From positions 54,807 to 118,806 of the forward strand of contig NIVC01003112.1 of the NCBI GenBank assembly GCA_002269645.1: DNA of 64,000 nucleotides, given 5' to 3'. The translations under genes and the position numbers were made by a program. Below are positions 1-13,449 of this stretch, piece by piece. The notes below the pieces were generated by a model that did not search any database, was not told the DNA's origin, and was given only the letters and a program-made list of their open reading frames with translations. Positions within the stretch are counted from its first letter, which is position 1. Each line of letters starts with the position of its first letter. The stretch is from Macrostomum lignano (Eukaryota).

Positions 1-3000
1 GCCAGCCATGGATTGCTAATCTAGCCAGTCATGGATTGCTAATCTAGCCAGCCATGGATTGCTAATCTAGCCAGTCATGGATTGCTAATCTAGCCAGTCA
101 TGGATTGCTAATCTAGCCAGTCATGGATTGCTAATCTAGCCAGTCATGGATGCAGGAATAGAATGGATTGCTAATCTAGCCAGCCATGGATTGCTAATCT
201 AGCCAGTCATGGATTGCTAATCTAGCCAGTCATGGATTGCTAATCTAGCCAGTCATGGATTGCTAATCTAGCCAGTCATGGATTGCTAATCTAGCCAGCC
301 ATGGATTGCTAATCTAGCCAGCCATGGATTGCTAATCTAGCCAGTCATGGATTGCTAATCTAGCCAGTCATGGATTGCTAATCTAGCCAGCCATGGATTG
401 CTAATCTAGCCAGCCATGGATTGCTAATCTAGCCAGTCATGAGTATTGCTAATCTAGCCAGTCATGGATTGCTAATCTAGCCAGTCATGAGTATTGCTAA
501 TCTAGCCAGCCATGGATTGCTAATCTAGCCAGTCATGGATTGCTAATCTAGCCAGCCATGGATTGCTAATCTAGCCAGCCATGGATTGCTAATCTAGCCA
601 GTCATGGATTGCTAATCTAGCCAGTCATGGATTGCTAATCTAGCCAGTCATGGATTGCTAATCTAGCCAGTCATGGATGCAGGAATAGAATGGATTGCTA
701 ATCTAGCCAGCCATGGATTGCTAATCTAGCCAGCCATGGATTGCTAATCTAGCCAGCCATGGATTGCTAATCTAGCCAGCCATGGATTGCTAATCTAGCC
801 AGTCATGGATTGCTAATCTAGCCAGTCATGGATTGCTAATCTAGCCAGTCATGGATTGCTAATCTAGCCAGTCATGGATGCAGGAATAGAATGGATTGCT
901 AATCTAGCCAGCCATGGATTGCTAATCTAGCCAGTCATGGATTGCTAATCTAGCCAGTCATGGATTGCTAATCTAGCCAGTCATGGATTGCTAATCTAGC
1001 CAGTCATGGATTGCTAATCTAGCCAGCCATGGATTGCTAATCTAGCCAGTCATGGATTGCTAATCTAGCCAGTCATGGATTGCTAATCTAGCCAGTCATG
1101 GATTGCTAATCTAGCCAGCCATGGATTGCTAATCTAGCCAGCCATGGATTGCTAATCTAGCCAGTCATGAGTATTGCTAATCTAGCCAGTCATGGATTGC
1201 TAATCTAGCCAGTCATGGATTGCTAATCTAGCCAGTCATGAGTATTGCTAATCTAGCCAGCCATGGATTGCTAATCTTGCCAGTCATGAGTATTGCTAAT
1301 CTAGCCAGCCATGGATTGCTAATCTAGCCAGCCATGGATTGCTAATCTAGCCAGTCATGGATTGCTAATCTAGCCAGTCATGGGTATTGCTAATCTAGCC
1401 AGCCATGGATTGCTAATCTAGCCAGTCATGGGTTGCTAATCTAGCCAGTCATGGATTGCTAATCTAGCCAGTCATGGGTATTGCAAATCTAGCCAGTCAT
1501 GGATGCAGGAATAGAATGGATTGCTAATCTAGCCTATCACGGATGCAGGAATAGAATGGATTGCTAATCTAGCCTATCACGGATGCAGGAATAGAATGGA
1601 TTGCTAATCTAGCCTATCACGGATGCAGGAATAGAATGGATTGCTAATCTAGCCAGCCATGGATTGCTAATCTAGCCAGTCATGAGTATTGCTAATCTAG
1701 CCAGCCATGGATTGCTAATCTAGCCAGTCATGAGTATTGCTAATCTAGCCAGCCATGGATTGCTAATCTAGCCAGTCATGAGTATTGCTAATCTAGCCAG
1801 CCATGGATTGCTAATCTAGCCAGTCATGGGTTGCTAATCTAGCCAGTCATGGATTGCTAATCTAGCCAGTCATGGGTATTGCAAATCTAGCCAGTCATGG
1901 ATGCAGGAATAGAATGGATTGCTAATCTAGCCTATCACGGATGCAGGAATAGAATGGATTGCTAATCTAGCCTATCACGGATGCAGGAATAGAATGGATT
2001 GCTAATCTAGCCTATCACGGATGCAGGAATAGAATGGATTGCTAATCTAGCCTATCATGGATGCAGGAATAGAATGGATTGCTAATCTAGCCTATCACGG
2101 ATGCAGGAATAGAATGGATTGCTAATCTAGCCTATCATGGATGCAGGAATAGAATGGATTGCTAATCTAGCCTATCATGGATGCAGGAATAGAATGGATT
2201 GCTAATCTAGCCTATCACGGATGCAGGAATAGAATGGATTGCTAATCTAGCCTATCACGGATGCAGGAATAGAATGGATTGCTAATCTAGCCTATCATGG
2301 ATGCAGGAATAGAATGGATTGCTAATCTAGCCTATCATGGATGCAGGAATAGAATGGATTGCTAATCTAGCCTATCATGGATGCAGGAATAGAATGGATT
2401 GCTAATCTAGCCTATCATGGATGCAGGAATAGAATGGATTGCTAATCTAGCCTATCATGGATGCAGGAATAGAATGGATTGCTAATCTAGCCTATCATGG
2501 ATGCAGGAATAGAATGGATTGCTAATCTAGCCTATCATGGATGCAGGAATAGAATGGATTGCTAATCTAGCCTATCATGGATGCAGGAATAGAATGGATT
2601 GCTAATCTAGCCTATCATGGGTGCAGGAATAGAATGGATTGCTAATCTAGCCTATCATGGGTGCAGGAATAGAATGGATTGCTAATCTAGCCTATCATGG
2701 GTGCAGGAATAGAATGGATTGCTAATCTAGCCTATCATGGATGCAGGAATAGAATGGATTGCTAATCTAGCCTATCATGGATGCAGGAATAGAATGGATT
2801 GCTAATCTAGCCTATCATGGATGCAGGAATAGAATGGATTGCTAATCTAGCCTATCATGGGTGCAGGAATAGAATGGATTGCTAATCTAGCCTATCATGG
2901 ATGCAGGAATAGAATGGATTGCTAATCTAGCCTATCATGGATGCAGGAATAGAATGGATTGCTAATCTAGCCTATCATGGATGCAGGAATAGAATGGATT

Positions 3001-3275
3001 GCTAATCTAGCCTATCATGGATGCAGGAATAGAATGGATTGCTAATCTAGCCTATCACGGATGCAGGAATAGAATGGATTGCTAATCTAGCCTATCACGG
3101 ATGCAGCAATAGAATGGATTGCTAATCTAGCCTATCATGGGTGCAGGAATAGAATGGATTGCTAATCTAGCCTATCACGGATGCAGGAATAGAATGGATT
3201 GCTAATCTAGCCTATCATGGATGCAGGAATAGAATGGATTGCTAATCTAGCCTATCATGGATGCAGGAATAGAGC
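1..3275. repeat. Compound satellite: 23/24-bp unit (ATGGATTGCTAATCTAGCCAG[T/C]C) grading into a 40-bp unit (ATGCAGGAATAGAATGGATTGCTAATCTAGCCTATCA[T/C]GG); runs off the window start
   Basis: Directly visible periodicity. 23-mers dominate to ~1500, a mixed zone runs to ~1900, and near-pure 40-mers continue to ~3270. Confidence 0.98.
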
Positions 3276-3751
3276 GATACATAATGGAATGCAGCCAGAT
3301 ATCAGACCCCAGTCTGCACCAGAGTGGCCAGCAATTTTTTGCGAAGCCGCAGAGGTTTGAACAGGTCAGTCGCACTATCAAAAACAGAGCAGTCAGAATT
3401 CGCACTATGCAAGGCGCGAAATCTGGCAGGCGAGCTGCTACCCCCCCCCCACTCCGTCACTGGCTGTCCGGCTCCGCCAATGAAATTTCTGCAGTCTTGA
3501 AGCTTTCAGTCCGGCGCCCTGCTGCCGGGGCTTCATCTCCCAACTTCGGGTAGCAACCAGCAACCTACTGAGGCGCGGTCTTCAATTGCCGAACTCAAAA
3601 CTCAGCCAACTCACGGAAAGCGGCGCTGAAGAGTTCCGACCAGTTGTTGCTTTGTCGACAGTCAGCTGACTGAGGGGCCCTCCGGTTTGCTGGGGTCGGC
3701 AGCGACGCCTGACAGGGAAGATGGCCGCCGGCATGTGACCGCACTGCGAGC

Positions 3752-6700
3752 ATGGTGGACTACATCAACAAGTTCGACATCGAGCTGGCCAAGCCGGTCT
3801 GGTACGCCGGCGAAGAGCTCACTGGTCACATAATCGTGGACAGCACGGAGAACTTCAAGGTGAGTCGATTGAGCTTTGAGAGCTGCAGATGGCGTTTGAG
3901 CAGCTGGCTTTAATTGATGGCTTTCGTCTGTGATGAGAGAGATGGCGCCATGCGTGTTATAAGGCGCCATGCGTGTGTTACAGGGCGCCATGCATCTGTT
4001 TTGAGGCGCCATGCGTGTGCTAGGGGGCGCCATTTGATGCAAAGGAGCGTCATGGGGTGCAGGGGAGTGCCATGGGGTGCAGGGGAGTGCCATGGGGTGC
4101 AGGGGAGTGCCATGGGGTGCAGGGGAGTGCCATGGGGTGCAGGGGAGTGCCATGGGGTGCAGAGAGCGCCATGGGGTGCAGGGGAGCGCCATGGGATGCA
4201 GGGGAGTGCCATGGGGTTCAGGGGAGTGCCATGGGGTTCAGGGGAGTGCCATGGGGTGCAGGGGAGTGCCATGGGGTGCAGGGGAGTGCCATAGGGTGCA
4301 GGGGAGCGCCATGGGGTGCAGGGGAGCGCCATGGGGTGCAGGGGAGCGCCATGGGGTGCAGGGGAGCGCCATGGGGTGCAGGGGAGCGCCATGGGATGCA
4401 GGGGAGCGCCATGGGGTGCAGGGGAGCGCCATGGGGTGCAGGGGAGCGCCATGGGGTGCAGGGGAGCGCCATGGGGTGAAAAGGAGCGCCGCAGGGAAGC
4501 GCCCTATCCAACTGTATCGCCTTCAACTGCCCAAGTGGCATCACCAGTTTAGTCAGAAATTTTCACATCCGGTCTGCAGGTGTGCAAAAGCAGCAGTTTT
4601 GCTTCCACCTCGTGGCAACGCAGGAGGCCTGGATAACCGCGATGCAATCAGCTGCAAGCCAGAAATCAGCACAGGGGGCACAGGAAAGCCACAATAAATG
4701 CCGTTTATGTCTGCCCTACCCTCGGTCGCTCATTTCGGGCCTAGGGCTGTTTGCCCTCCGTGTCGGAGCATTGCAGCTGCTCTGCTTTCTTCTCTCTGTT
4801 TGCCCACCTGCCGAGAGAGTCTGCATACTCGTACCTGTTCGGCTCCCTCCTCAGCAACGTCTCTGTCGTCTTTCTTTCCTTCTTGGCCTAATTTTCTTCT
4901 CTCGCTCTGTCCGTCCGCTTAAGTGGACAGTTGGAACAGAAGGTTTCGCTCTCCGCCTCTCTTCCTCCAGCTGTCTCCTCTCCTCTCTTCTCCCTCCTCA
5001 TCAATTATGCCCTGGTTGGGAGTTGATCCCTACACCGCAAGCCCAGTAGCCAAGCAGGTGCTGCCCCCCATCCTGCTGCCATCGGATGCCCGGCTGCAGT
5101 GAGCGATATTGGGATTAGTTGAAGTTTGGCGAGTGGAAAATCGAATGTCCTTGGACTAGTCACTAATGACTAGGATTAGTCACCCAATGACTTGGATTAG
5201 TCATCCAGTGACTTGGATTAGTCACCCAGTGACTTGGATTAGTCATCCAGTGACTTGGATTAGTCACCCAGTGACTTGGATTAGTCACCCAGTGACTTGG
5301 ATTAGTCACCCAGTGACTTGGATTAGTCACCCTATGGTGTATTAGTCACCCAATGACTTGGATTAGTCACCCAATGGTGGATTAGTCACCCAATGGTGGA
5401 TTAGTCACCCAATGACTTGGATTAGTCACCCAATGGTGGATTAGTCACCCAATGACTTGGATTAGTCACCCAATGACTTGGATTAGTCACCCAATGACTT
5501 GGATTAGTCACCCAATGACTTGGATTAGTCACCCAATGGTGGATTAGTCACCCAATGACTTGGATTAGTCACCCAATGGTGGATTAGTCACCCAATGGTG
5601 GATTAGGCACCCAATGACTTGGATTAGTCACCCAATGACTTGGATTAGTCACCCTATGGTGGATTAGTCACCCAATGACTTGGATTAGTCACCCAATGGT
5701 GGATTAGTCACCCAATGACTTTGATTAGTCACCCAATGGTGGATTAGTCCCCCAATGGTGGACTAGTCACCCCTTGATGGATTAGTCACCCACTGACTTG
5801 GATTAGTCACCCAGTGACTTGGATTAGTCACCCAATGGTGGATTAGTCACCCAATGGTGGATTAGTCACCCAATGACTTGGATTAGTCACCCAATGACTT
5901 GGATTAGTCACCCAATGGTGGATTAGTCACTAAATGATGGATTAGTCCCCCAATGGTGGACTAGTCACCCCTTGATGGATTAGTCACCCACTGACTTGGA
6001 TTAGTCACCCAGTGACTTGGATTAGTCACCCAATGGTGGATTAGTCACCCAATGGTGGATAAGTCACCCAATGACTTGGATTAGTCACCCAATGACTTGG
6101 ATTAGTCACCCTATGGTGGATTAGTCACCCAATGACTTGGATTAGTCACCCCTTGATGGATTAGTCACCCACTGACTTGGATTAGTCACCCCTTGATGGA
6201 TTAGTCACCCAGTGACTTGGATTAGTCACCCAATGGTGGATTAGTCACCCTATGGTGGATTAGTCACCCAATGATGGATTAGTCACTCAATGGTGGATTA
6301 GTCACCCAATGACTTGGATTAGTCACCCAATGGTGGATTAGTCACTAAATGATGGATTAGTCCCCCAATGGTGGACTAGTCACCCCTTGATGGATTAGTC
6401 ACCCACTGACTTGGATTAGTCACCCAGTGACTTGGATTAGTCACCCAATGGTGGATTAGTCACTCAATGATGGATTAGTCACCCAATGATGGATTAGTCA
6501 CCCAATGATGGATTAGTCACCCAGTGATGGATTAGTCACCCAATGGTGGATTAGTCACCCAATGGTGGATTAGTCACCCAATGATGGATTAGTCACCCAA
6601 TGGTGGATTAGTCACTCAATGGTGTATTAGTAACCCAATGGTGGATTAGTCACTCAATGGTGGATTAGTCAACCAGTGATGAATTAGTCACCCAATGATG

Positions 6701-9700
6701 GATTAGTCACCCAATGATGGATTAGTCACCCAATGATGGATTAGTCACCCAGTGATGGATTAGTCACCCAATGGTGGATTAGTCACCCAATGGTGGATTA
6801 GTCACCCAATGATGGATTAGTCACCCAATGGTGGATTAGTCACCCAATGGTGGATTAGTCACCCAATGATGGATTAGTCACCCAATGGTGGATTAGTCAC
6901 CCAATGGTGGATTAGTCAACCAGTGATGAATTAGTCACCCAATGGTGGATTAGTCACCCAATGGTGGATTAGTCAACCAGTGATGAATTAGTCACCCAAT
7001 GGTGGATTAGTCACCCAATGGTGGATTAGTCAACCAGTGATGAATTAGTCACCCAATGGTGGATTAGTCACCCAATGATGGATTAGTCACCCAGTGATGG
7101 ATTAGTCACCCAATGGTGGATTAGTCACCCAATGGTGGATTAGTCACCCAATGATGGATTAGTCACCCAATGGTGGATTAGTCACCCAATGATGGATTAG
7201 TCACCCAATGATGGATTAGTCACCCAATGGTGGATTAGTCACCCAATGATGGATTAGTCACCCAATGATGGATTAGTCACCCAATGGTGGATTAGTCACC
7301 CAATGATGGATTAGTCACCCAATGATGGATTAGTCACCCAATGGTGGATTAGTCACCCAATGATGGATTAGTCACCCAATGATGGATTAGTCACCCAATG
7401 GTGGATTAGTCACCTATTAACTGTGATTAGTCACCTATTAACTGTGATTAGTCACCTATTAACTGTGATTAGTCACCTATTAACTGTGATTAGTCACCTA
7501 TTAACTGTGATTAGTCACCTTTTAACTGTGATTAGTCACCTATTAACTGTGATTAGTCACCTATTAACTGTGATTAGTCACCTATTAACTGTGATTAGTC
7601 ACCTATTAACTGTGATTAGTCACCTATTAACTGTGATTAGTCACCTATTAACTGTGATTAGTCACCCAGCCCCTGCACTGAAGTCGCCACAAAGTGCTGC
7701 TGCAGAGCCTTCAAAACCAGAAGTCGTTTATTGCAATTCAGCATCTCAGCTCCATCAGCTTGCCCGCTCAGAACCCTCATGAAGCCCGATTGGTTTCCTG
7801 GACGCCAAAAAACAAATAATTACAAGTGTCAGGCACTCAGGGGGCGCAGGAGAGGGAGGCGAGCTCTGGAGTGGCCCCGTCATCTACTCGAGGGCGCGTC
7901 ACTTGAGCAGGTGAGAGCCGCGATCCCCAGTTTGACGCGCTGATCCCGTCCGGTTTTGTCACGGCGTGCGGCGAGGCACGAGGATGATGGGCGAGGCCAC
8001 AGCGGACACCTGGGCGTGACAGAACCCCTCCTTCTCTGCTTTTCTCCTCTCCTTCTTGACTCCCCCCCCCCCTGCTTGCCGCAAGATAAGCTGGAGGCGG
8101 GCCCGCCCCCGCTGCTTATCCAGCTGAACTGGGCGGCCATGCGATGGCAAAGCCGATAATAGAGGTGGGGGGGGGGGGCTGGGGAGCCCTGCCGCTGTCA
8201 CGAGCTTGCTGTCGGCTGCAGAGCCTGTTTAGCTGAAGCTGTCAGAAGCCGGCTGACCCCGCCCCCGGTCCCATCCGACCTGACAGCGAGGTCCCTTGTT
8301 TCCCGGTAGAGCCTCGGCCGGAGCTGGATTTCCCAGACTTAGTTTGGGTCCTGGTTGCACTTTAAGCCGCAGAACAGCTATGAAGTTTTCCTACATTCAA
8401 AAGCTATTCAGTTTTTGTCTTTCAGAAATTTCTGTCCGCAATCAATAAAAGCACTTCTCTCCCAACCCACTCTTTGCTCCCCTTGTCTTTCCTCTCCTTT
8501 CTTCTCCTACCTCCTATCCCTACCTCCTCTCTCTACTTCTTTCTCTACCTCGTATCTCTACCTTCTCTCCCTACCGGGAGCACGAGAATTGCCCGCAGAC
8601 GAATTTTGCGCGCCGAGGTTTGTCCGCAATGCTTTTTTTCCTGCAGAGCATTTAGCCACAGCTGTAGCTCGCAAATGAATAGCTGACAGATGCACCCTCA
8701 AGAAGAATATGCGTTTAATGTATGCAGTTACCATCGAAACGTTTTGATTCTTAAATCTTTATTAAGACTTACAAAGCATTAGGGGGGGGACAATGCAGAA
8801 AAATTGCCGCGTGGCCAAATGCACTGCAGGACCTCCCTAAGTCCTTCTAAGTCCCAGGCTCGTATTGTCGTATCCGGTCTCAAACAATCTGCGAAGGTAG
8901 GTAGCTCCGATGAAGCTCAGAATCTGGGACTCAATCAGCTTTGATTTTTCTCTTCGTCGTCCCAGAGCTGATTGGGATTCGATGTCCCTAGAATCAGGCG
9001 GGCCACTGCCGGGGCGGAGATCAGAGATGAAGCCAAAGGCGGTAATTAGTTCTACTCGAATCGCAGCCCCCCAGAAGACACGCGCAGGTATCTCCTGGAT
9101 AAAAAGTCGCACAGCTCCTCGTCCGTTCCGAGTTCCTGTTGCACTGAGAGCAATTTTGGCTGTCTCAGGTGATGCTGCCAGGTCTAATTAGGCCGCCTCC
9201 CCATCCAGCTTCCTCTGTGTCCCCGCGGATCTCCCAGTAGCCGGGGCGCAGCGCATGACACAGTGCAGGATTCAGTGCCGTACCGGCTAAGCATTCAACA
9301 GGGCAGGTGGAAGACAGTTGACAAACTTGGCGCTAATTAATTATTAATGAGCGCAGGACATACAAGAGAGAGTCTGAAACTCTCCATCCTGTCATCCTTT
9401 GCGTGGAAATTCTCTGCTCTGACGGCTCAGCCATCTCTGGCTTGATTGGTGGAAATTTGCCTAACATTTATCCCAAATCTGCCGGATGAGCCGCCCGAAG
9501 AAGTCTGGGCCCGAGTTGATTGATTCCCAAGGCTGGGAAATCAATTAGGGGGGGGGGGGGGGGCAGAGCACAGCAAGTTTGGCGCTGCGAGCCACTTTTC
9601 CCCTCTCTGCCGGCTGCGCGAAAATGCGAATCCTGAAATTCGATTGGGGAATCGACAAGACAAGCGCTGGAGCAGCTTTGAGTGCTCAGCATTGGCGAAG

Positions 9701-11279
9701 CCAGAAGTGACTGCATGAGCGGTCCCCGAATGGATTGAATTGTGTGCTGCTTTGCTGACTGAGAGCCATCTGAGTCAGTGCGGTTCTGTAGCGCGATCTA
9801 ATCTGTGAGATGGATTAGCAATCCATTCCATTCCTGCATCCGTGATAGGCTAGATTAGCAATCCATTCTATTCCTGCACCCATGATAGGCTAGATTAGCA
9901 ATCCATTCTATTCCTGCACCCATGATAGGCTAGATTAGCAATCCATTCTATTCCTGCACCCATGATAGGCTAGATTAGCAATCCATTCCATTCCTGCATC
10001 CGTGATAGGCTAGATTAGCAATCCATTCTATTCCTGCATCCATGATAGGCTAGATTAGCAATCCATTCTATTCCTGCATCCATGATAAGCTAGATTAGCA
10101 ATTCATTCTATTACTGCATCCATGATAGGCTAGATTAGCAATTTAATATTATCATCATTAGCTAGATAAATCTTACTTCCGAAACCTGCTTTCCAGGTGC
10201 GCGGAATTCGCGTGCACCTGCGCGGCCGCGGACACGTCGAGTGGAAGGTAAGCCGCAGCGGCGAGCGGCACTCGGTCAAGGAGGACCAGGTGTACCTGGA
10301 CGCCAAGACCACCGTGTGGGGCATCGAGAAGGGCCTGGAGCCCGGCGGCAACGACGCCCTGCCCATCCTGCCCCGCGGAGCGCACAAGTGGCAGTTCAGC
10401 TTCCCGTTGCCGGAGTCCGCGCTGCCACCGAGCTTCGAGAGCCGCACCTGCACGGTTCGATACTACCTGCGCTGCATCATCGATGTGCCGTACGCCTCCA
10501 ACCCCAGCCACATCACCTACTTCACCGTCATCGGACCCTACTCAGACTGCATGGAGACCCGCTACCTGTGCCCCACCTGCATGGAGATCTCCTCCCACAC
10601 CTGTCCCTGCCTGCCGCTGATGAAGCCGCTCCGCCTCTCGGGCACCCTGGAGCGCAGCGCCTACTGCTGCGGCGAGCACATCAAGCTGCGCTGCCAGGTG
10701 GCCAACGACACTGACAGGCAGCTGCGCATCAGCGTGAAGCTGGTGCAAGACTGCTGCTTCTTCATCAACCAGGGCGTCCTGGGCATCTGCAAGGAGTTCC
10801 AACACGTGGCCTTCGAGTACCGCTCAGATTTGATCCGAGCCCGGCAGTCGGTCGATTGGGATCTGTCCAGCTTCCTCCTACTGCCGCCGGTGCCACCGAC
10901 CATCCCGGAGGGCTTCTGCCGGCTCATGCAGATTGGCTACACCCTGCGGGTGAACCTGGTCAGGGACGGCAAGGCGCCCACCAACCTCTGCCTGGACTTC
11001 CCCTTCACCATCGCCACGCTGCCCTTCCGCATCCCAAATGTTGCCGTGCCGCCTGTGGTGTTCCAGACCGCGGTGGAGAGCGTTGAGGGCGGCATGTACA
11101 TCAGCCCAGCCTTCACCCTCGGCCAGGTGTACGACGGCACGGAGGGCGCGGAATCCGGCCTTCTGTACCAGCCCGTGTACCCCACCGTGATGAAGAATCC
11201 AGCAAAGCTGGAGCGCCAGCGGCTGGCCAGCATCGCCAATGGACTCAACGACTGCGCCGAGAAGGTGTCCTCTGTGTGA
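3752..11279 (+). CDS. Arrestin-domain-containing (alpha-arrestin-like) protein, ~396 aa, 2 exons
   Basis: Exon 1 3752-3859 (MVDYINKFDIELAKPVWYAGEELTGHIIVDSTENFK, donor AAG|gtgagt) joins in phase 0 to exon 2 10197-11279 (ttccag|VRGIRVHLRGRGHVEWK...). Arrestin_N motifs: YxGExxxG, HKWQFSFPLPESALPPSFES, VRYYLR. Arrestin_C: ERSAYCCGEHIKL, IGYTLRV, PFTIAT. Confidence 0.9.
4051..4487. repeat. 20-bp G-rich minisatellite CATGGGGTGCAGGGGAG[T/C]GC, ~22 units, arrestin intron 1
   Basis: Directly visible; source of the many MALPCTPW/GCRGVPW pseudo-ORFs. Confidence 0.97.
5157..7410. repeat. 19/21-bp minisatellite GGATTAGTCACCCAATG(ACTT|GT|AT), arrestin intron 1
   Basis: Directly visible; mixed 21-mers and 19-mers at left, almost pure 19-mers at right. 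Confidence 0.97.
7411..7667. repeat. 21-bp variant block GATTAGTCACCTATTAACTGT, ~12 units, contiguous with the previous array
   Basis: Directly visible; gives the ISHLLTV pseudo-ORF. Confidence 0.97.
9811..10145 (-). repeat. Inverted copy (~8 units) of the 40-bp satellite from 1-3275
   Basis: CCATGATAGGCTAGATTAGCAATCCATTCTATTCCTGCAT is the exact reverse complement of the 40-mer. The array ends ~50 bp before the exon 2 acceptor. Confidence 0.96.
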
Positions 11280-13449
11280 ACTGCTGCGGAGATACCTAGA
11301 AGGCACTCTTCCATCAGAGCAGTTCACTCTAAAGAGCAAAGTCACATTAAGCGCGTATCTCACATATGGTATCATGCTAGACACAAGGAATCAGTGTATC
11401 CGTACTCACGTACAACGCAACTTAATTGAGCGACCCCTCTGTTACTCAATCAGCAAGGAAGGATTAATAAAAATTGAGCACAGACCTGTAAAATATTGAG
11501 CACTCCCAGTTTGTGCCTCGAGTGCGTGTTTTTGCTTCAATTTCTATTTTTCCCAATCGTCTGTTCCTTGCAATCTATCACTTCCCGGTGCAGAGCATCA
11601 GGTGGGCTGAGGTGGGCGATTTTTGCCACCAGGAAATTGCAATCAATATTGCCAAGCTGGCGCCCTGCCCGCCCGATGAAGAATGCTGGACTTGAGGCCG
11701 TGCGAAATCAAATATACAAAAAGGAAACGCGGGAGAGATAAGGCCGGCTGGCGGCTCCCAGGCGGCAGGTGAAGGTCAGCACTGGGATCGGGCAGTCAGC
11801 GGACCAGAAACCGGCTATCAAAGGCCATGAATAGATACTGCAAATGCCCGTCAGCACAGAGCTGCAGTCCCGGACCTTTTGCTTCCAGCCCGCCGGCAGT
11901 TTCATCCGGACCAAGGGTGGAGGGTCTGCCGTGCATCGATCCCACTGGCTGACTGCTGGCGCCTCGGGGCTCCCGGCCGCTGGCTTTGATGGAGAGGGAG
12001 AGGCTAGAGAGGCCAAGCAGCAATGGCTTAGCTTAGCTAAGCTAGCTAAAGTGGAGAAGAGGAAAGTGAGAAGCGGGGAACAAGGAACTGGAATGTAGGC
12101 CTCGCTGGAGACGGTGGGATACTCAGGACTTACTGGGCCGTCCCAGCTCCCAGGACCGCCTGCAGTGTTGAAGCTATTCTTGTTACTGCAGTCTCCTCCC
12201 ACTTAATAGGGAGACTCTTTGAGCCTCGGGGTTTTAGAAGAATATAATCCAGAGAAAGCTACATTTGCCAGGGCAGGCTTTCTTGCTTGAATTGAATACG
12301 AAGCAGCCACTTTCACTACAACCGGAGTGACTTAGTTGAATAGACGATGACAATATGGTAGAGACAGAGAGCTATGATGTCTCTTTAACTGCCCGGCCTC
12401 TAGTTTTATTTATGTATTCGACATTCTCTGGCCTCTCAGCCCCACACAAATCATGTACAATGGAGCAACTTAATTTAGAAAACAACTTAACTTAGGTCGG
12501 AGCAAGTCGGTGGTAATAAAGATTACTAAGCTGAGCGCAAGGCCTAAAACCGGCAAAGATAAGGATTGGGGGTGTTGAGCTAGAGGACGATAAAGGGACA
12601 GAAATTTAGAGGATTTGAAATAAAAGTGGATGGATTGAGTGGCGATCGATAATATAACAATTGTAAATTTTTATAAGGGGCAGAGAAAATTAGAGATGGA
12701 AGGCATGCGTGGGTTTTGCTACAACTGCTATTCACGCCCTAAAAACTCTGCCCCAAGGAATGTACATTTAAGCAATCTAAAAGCAATCTTGTGCAGTCGC
12801 GAATGTACATACTGTTCGTACGCGTTGGAGTCAGTGATGGCATGTCTATTTTTAGAAACGGTCAAGCCCTACAGAGCCATTTTGCCGCTCGCTATTTAGC
12901 CCTAAACTGAATTTTCAGGCAGCAAGCCAAGTCGGCATTGGTAGAGCCTGCCTTAGACTTGAGTGACAGCCGCCTTCAGCCACTAAATTGGATGGAGCCA
13001 TTGCCATGGATTAGCCCAAACCAAGGGGATGAGACTGTTCGGATCCTCGGTTGAGAAATTCGATTGCGGACTCGGAGTGACGGCGCAGGAGAGAGTGAGT
13101 GATCGACTCGATCTCCCATCCCGTGCCAGATTTTTGCTGGGCCCGCGGCCTGAAATCCCGCCAAGAATCTCTCGGACCGCAATTTCTCCGGCTGCGGGTT
13201 ATGCGCGGCCGCTGAAGCTTTTGGCCACTGCGACCCGCGAATCAGAATTTTATTGCGTCTAACACTGTTATGCCCGTCTGGAGGATAGACAGAGGCTGCT
13301 TTGCGCTCTTTGCACTCTTGGGAAATGGCTAATAACTACCAGCTTTCTGGACTGGTACTGGTTCCCATTTGCGCAGTCTAATATCAAATTTATCAGTTCC
13401 CTAATCCCCGTTCACAGAGTCATGGAGTCCAATTCTCACAGTTCACGAT

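Noticed and set aside
3662-4697. Overlapping ORFs of 60-206 aa (MALPCTPW.., MGCRGVPW..)
   Set aside because: Translations of the 20-bp minisatellite. The 3662-4192 (-) ORF is partly the antisense of arrestin exon 1.
10173-11384. Antisense and alternate-frame ORFs over arrestin exon 2 (likewise over the cyclase, ETFBKMT and 60.4-61.6 kb exons)
   Set aside because: Expected shadows of high-GC3 coding sequence.
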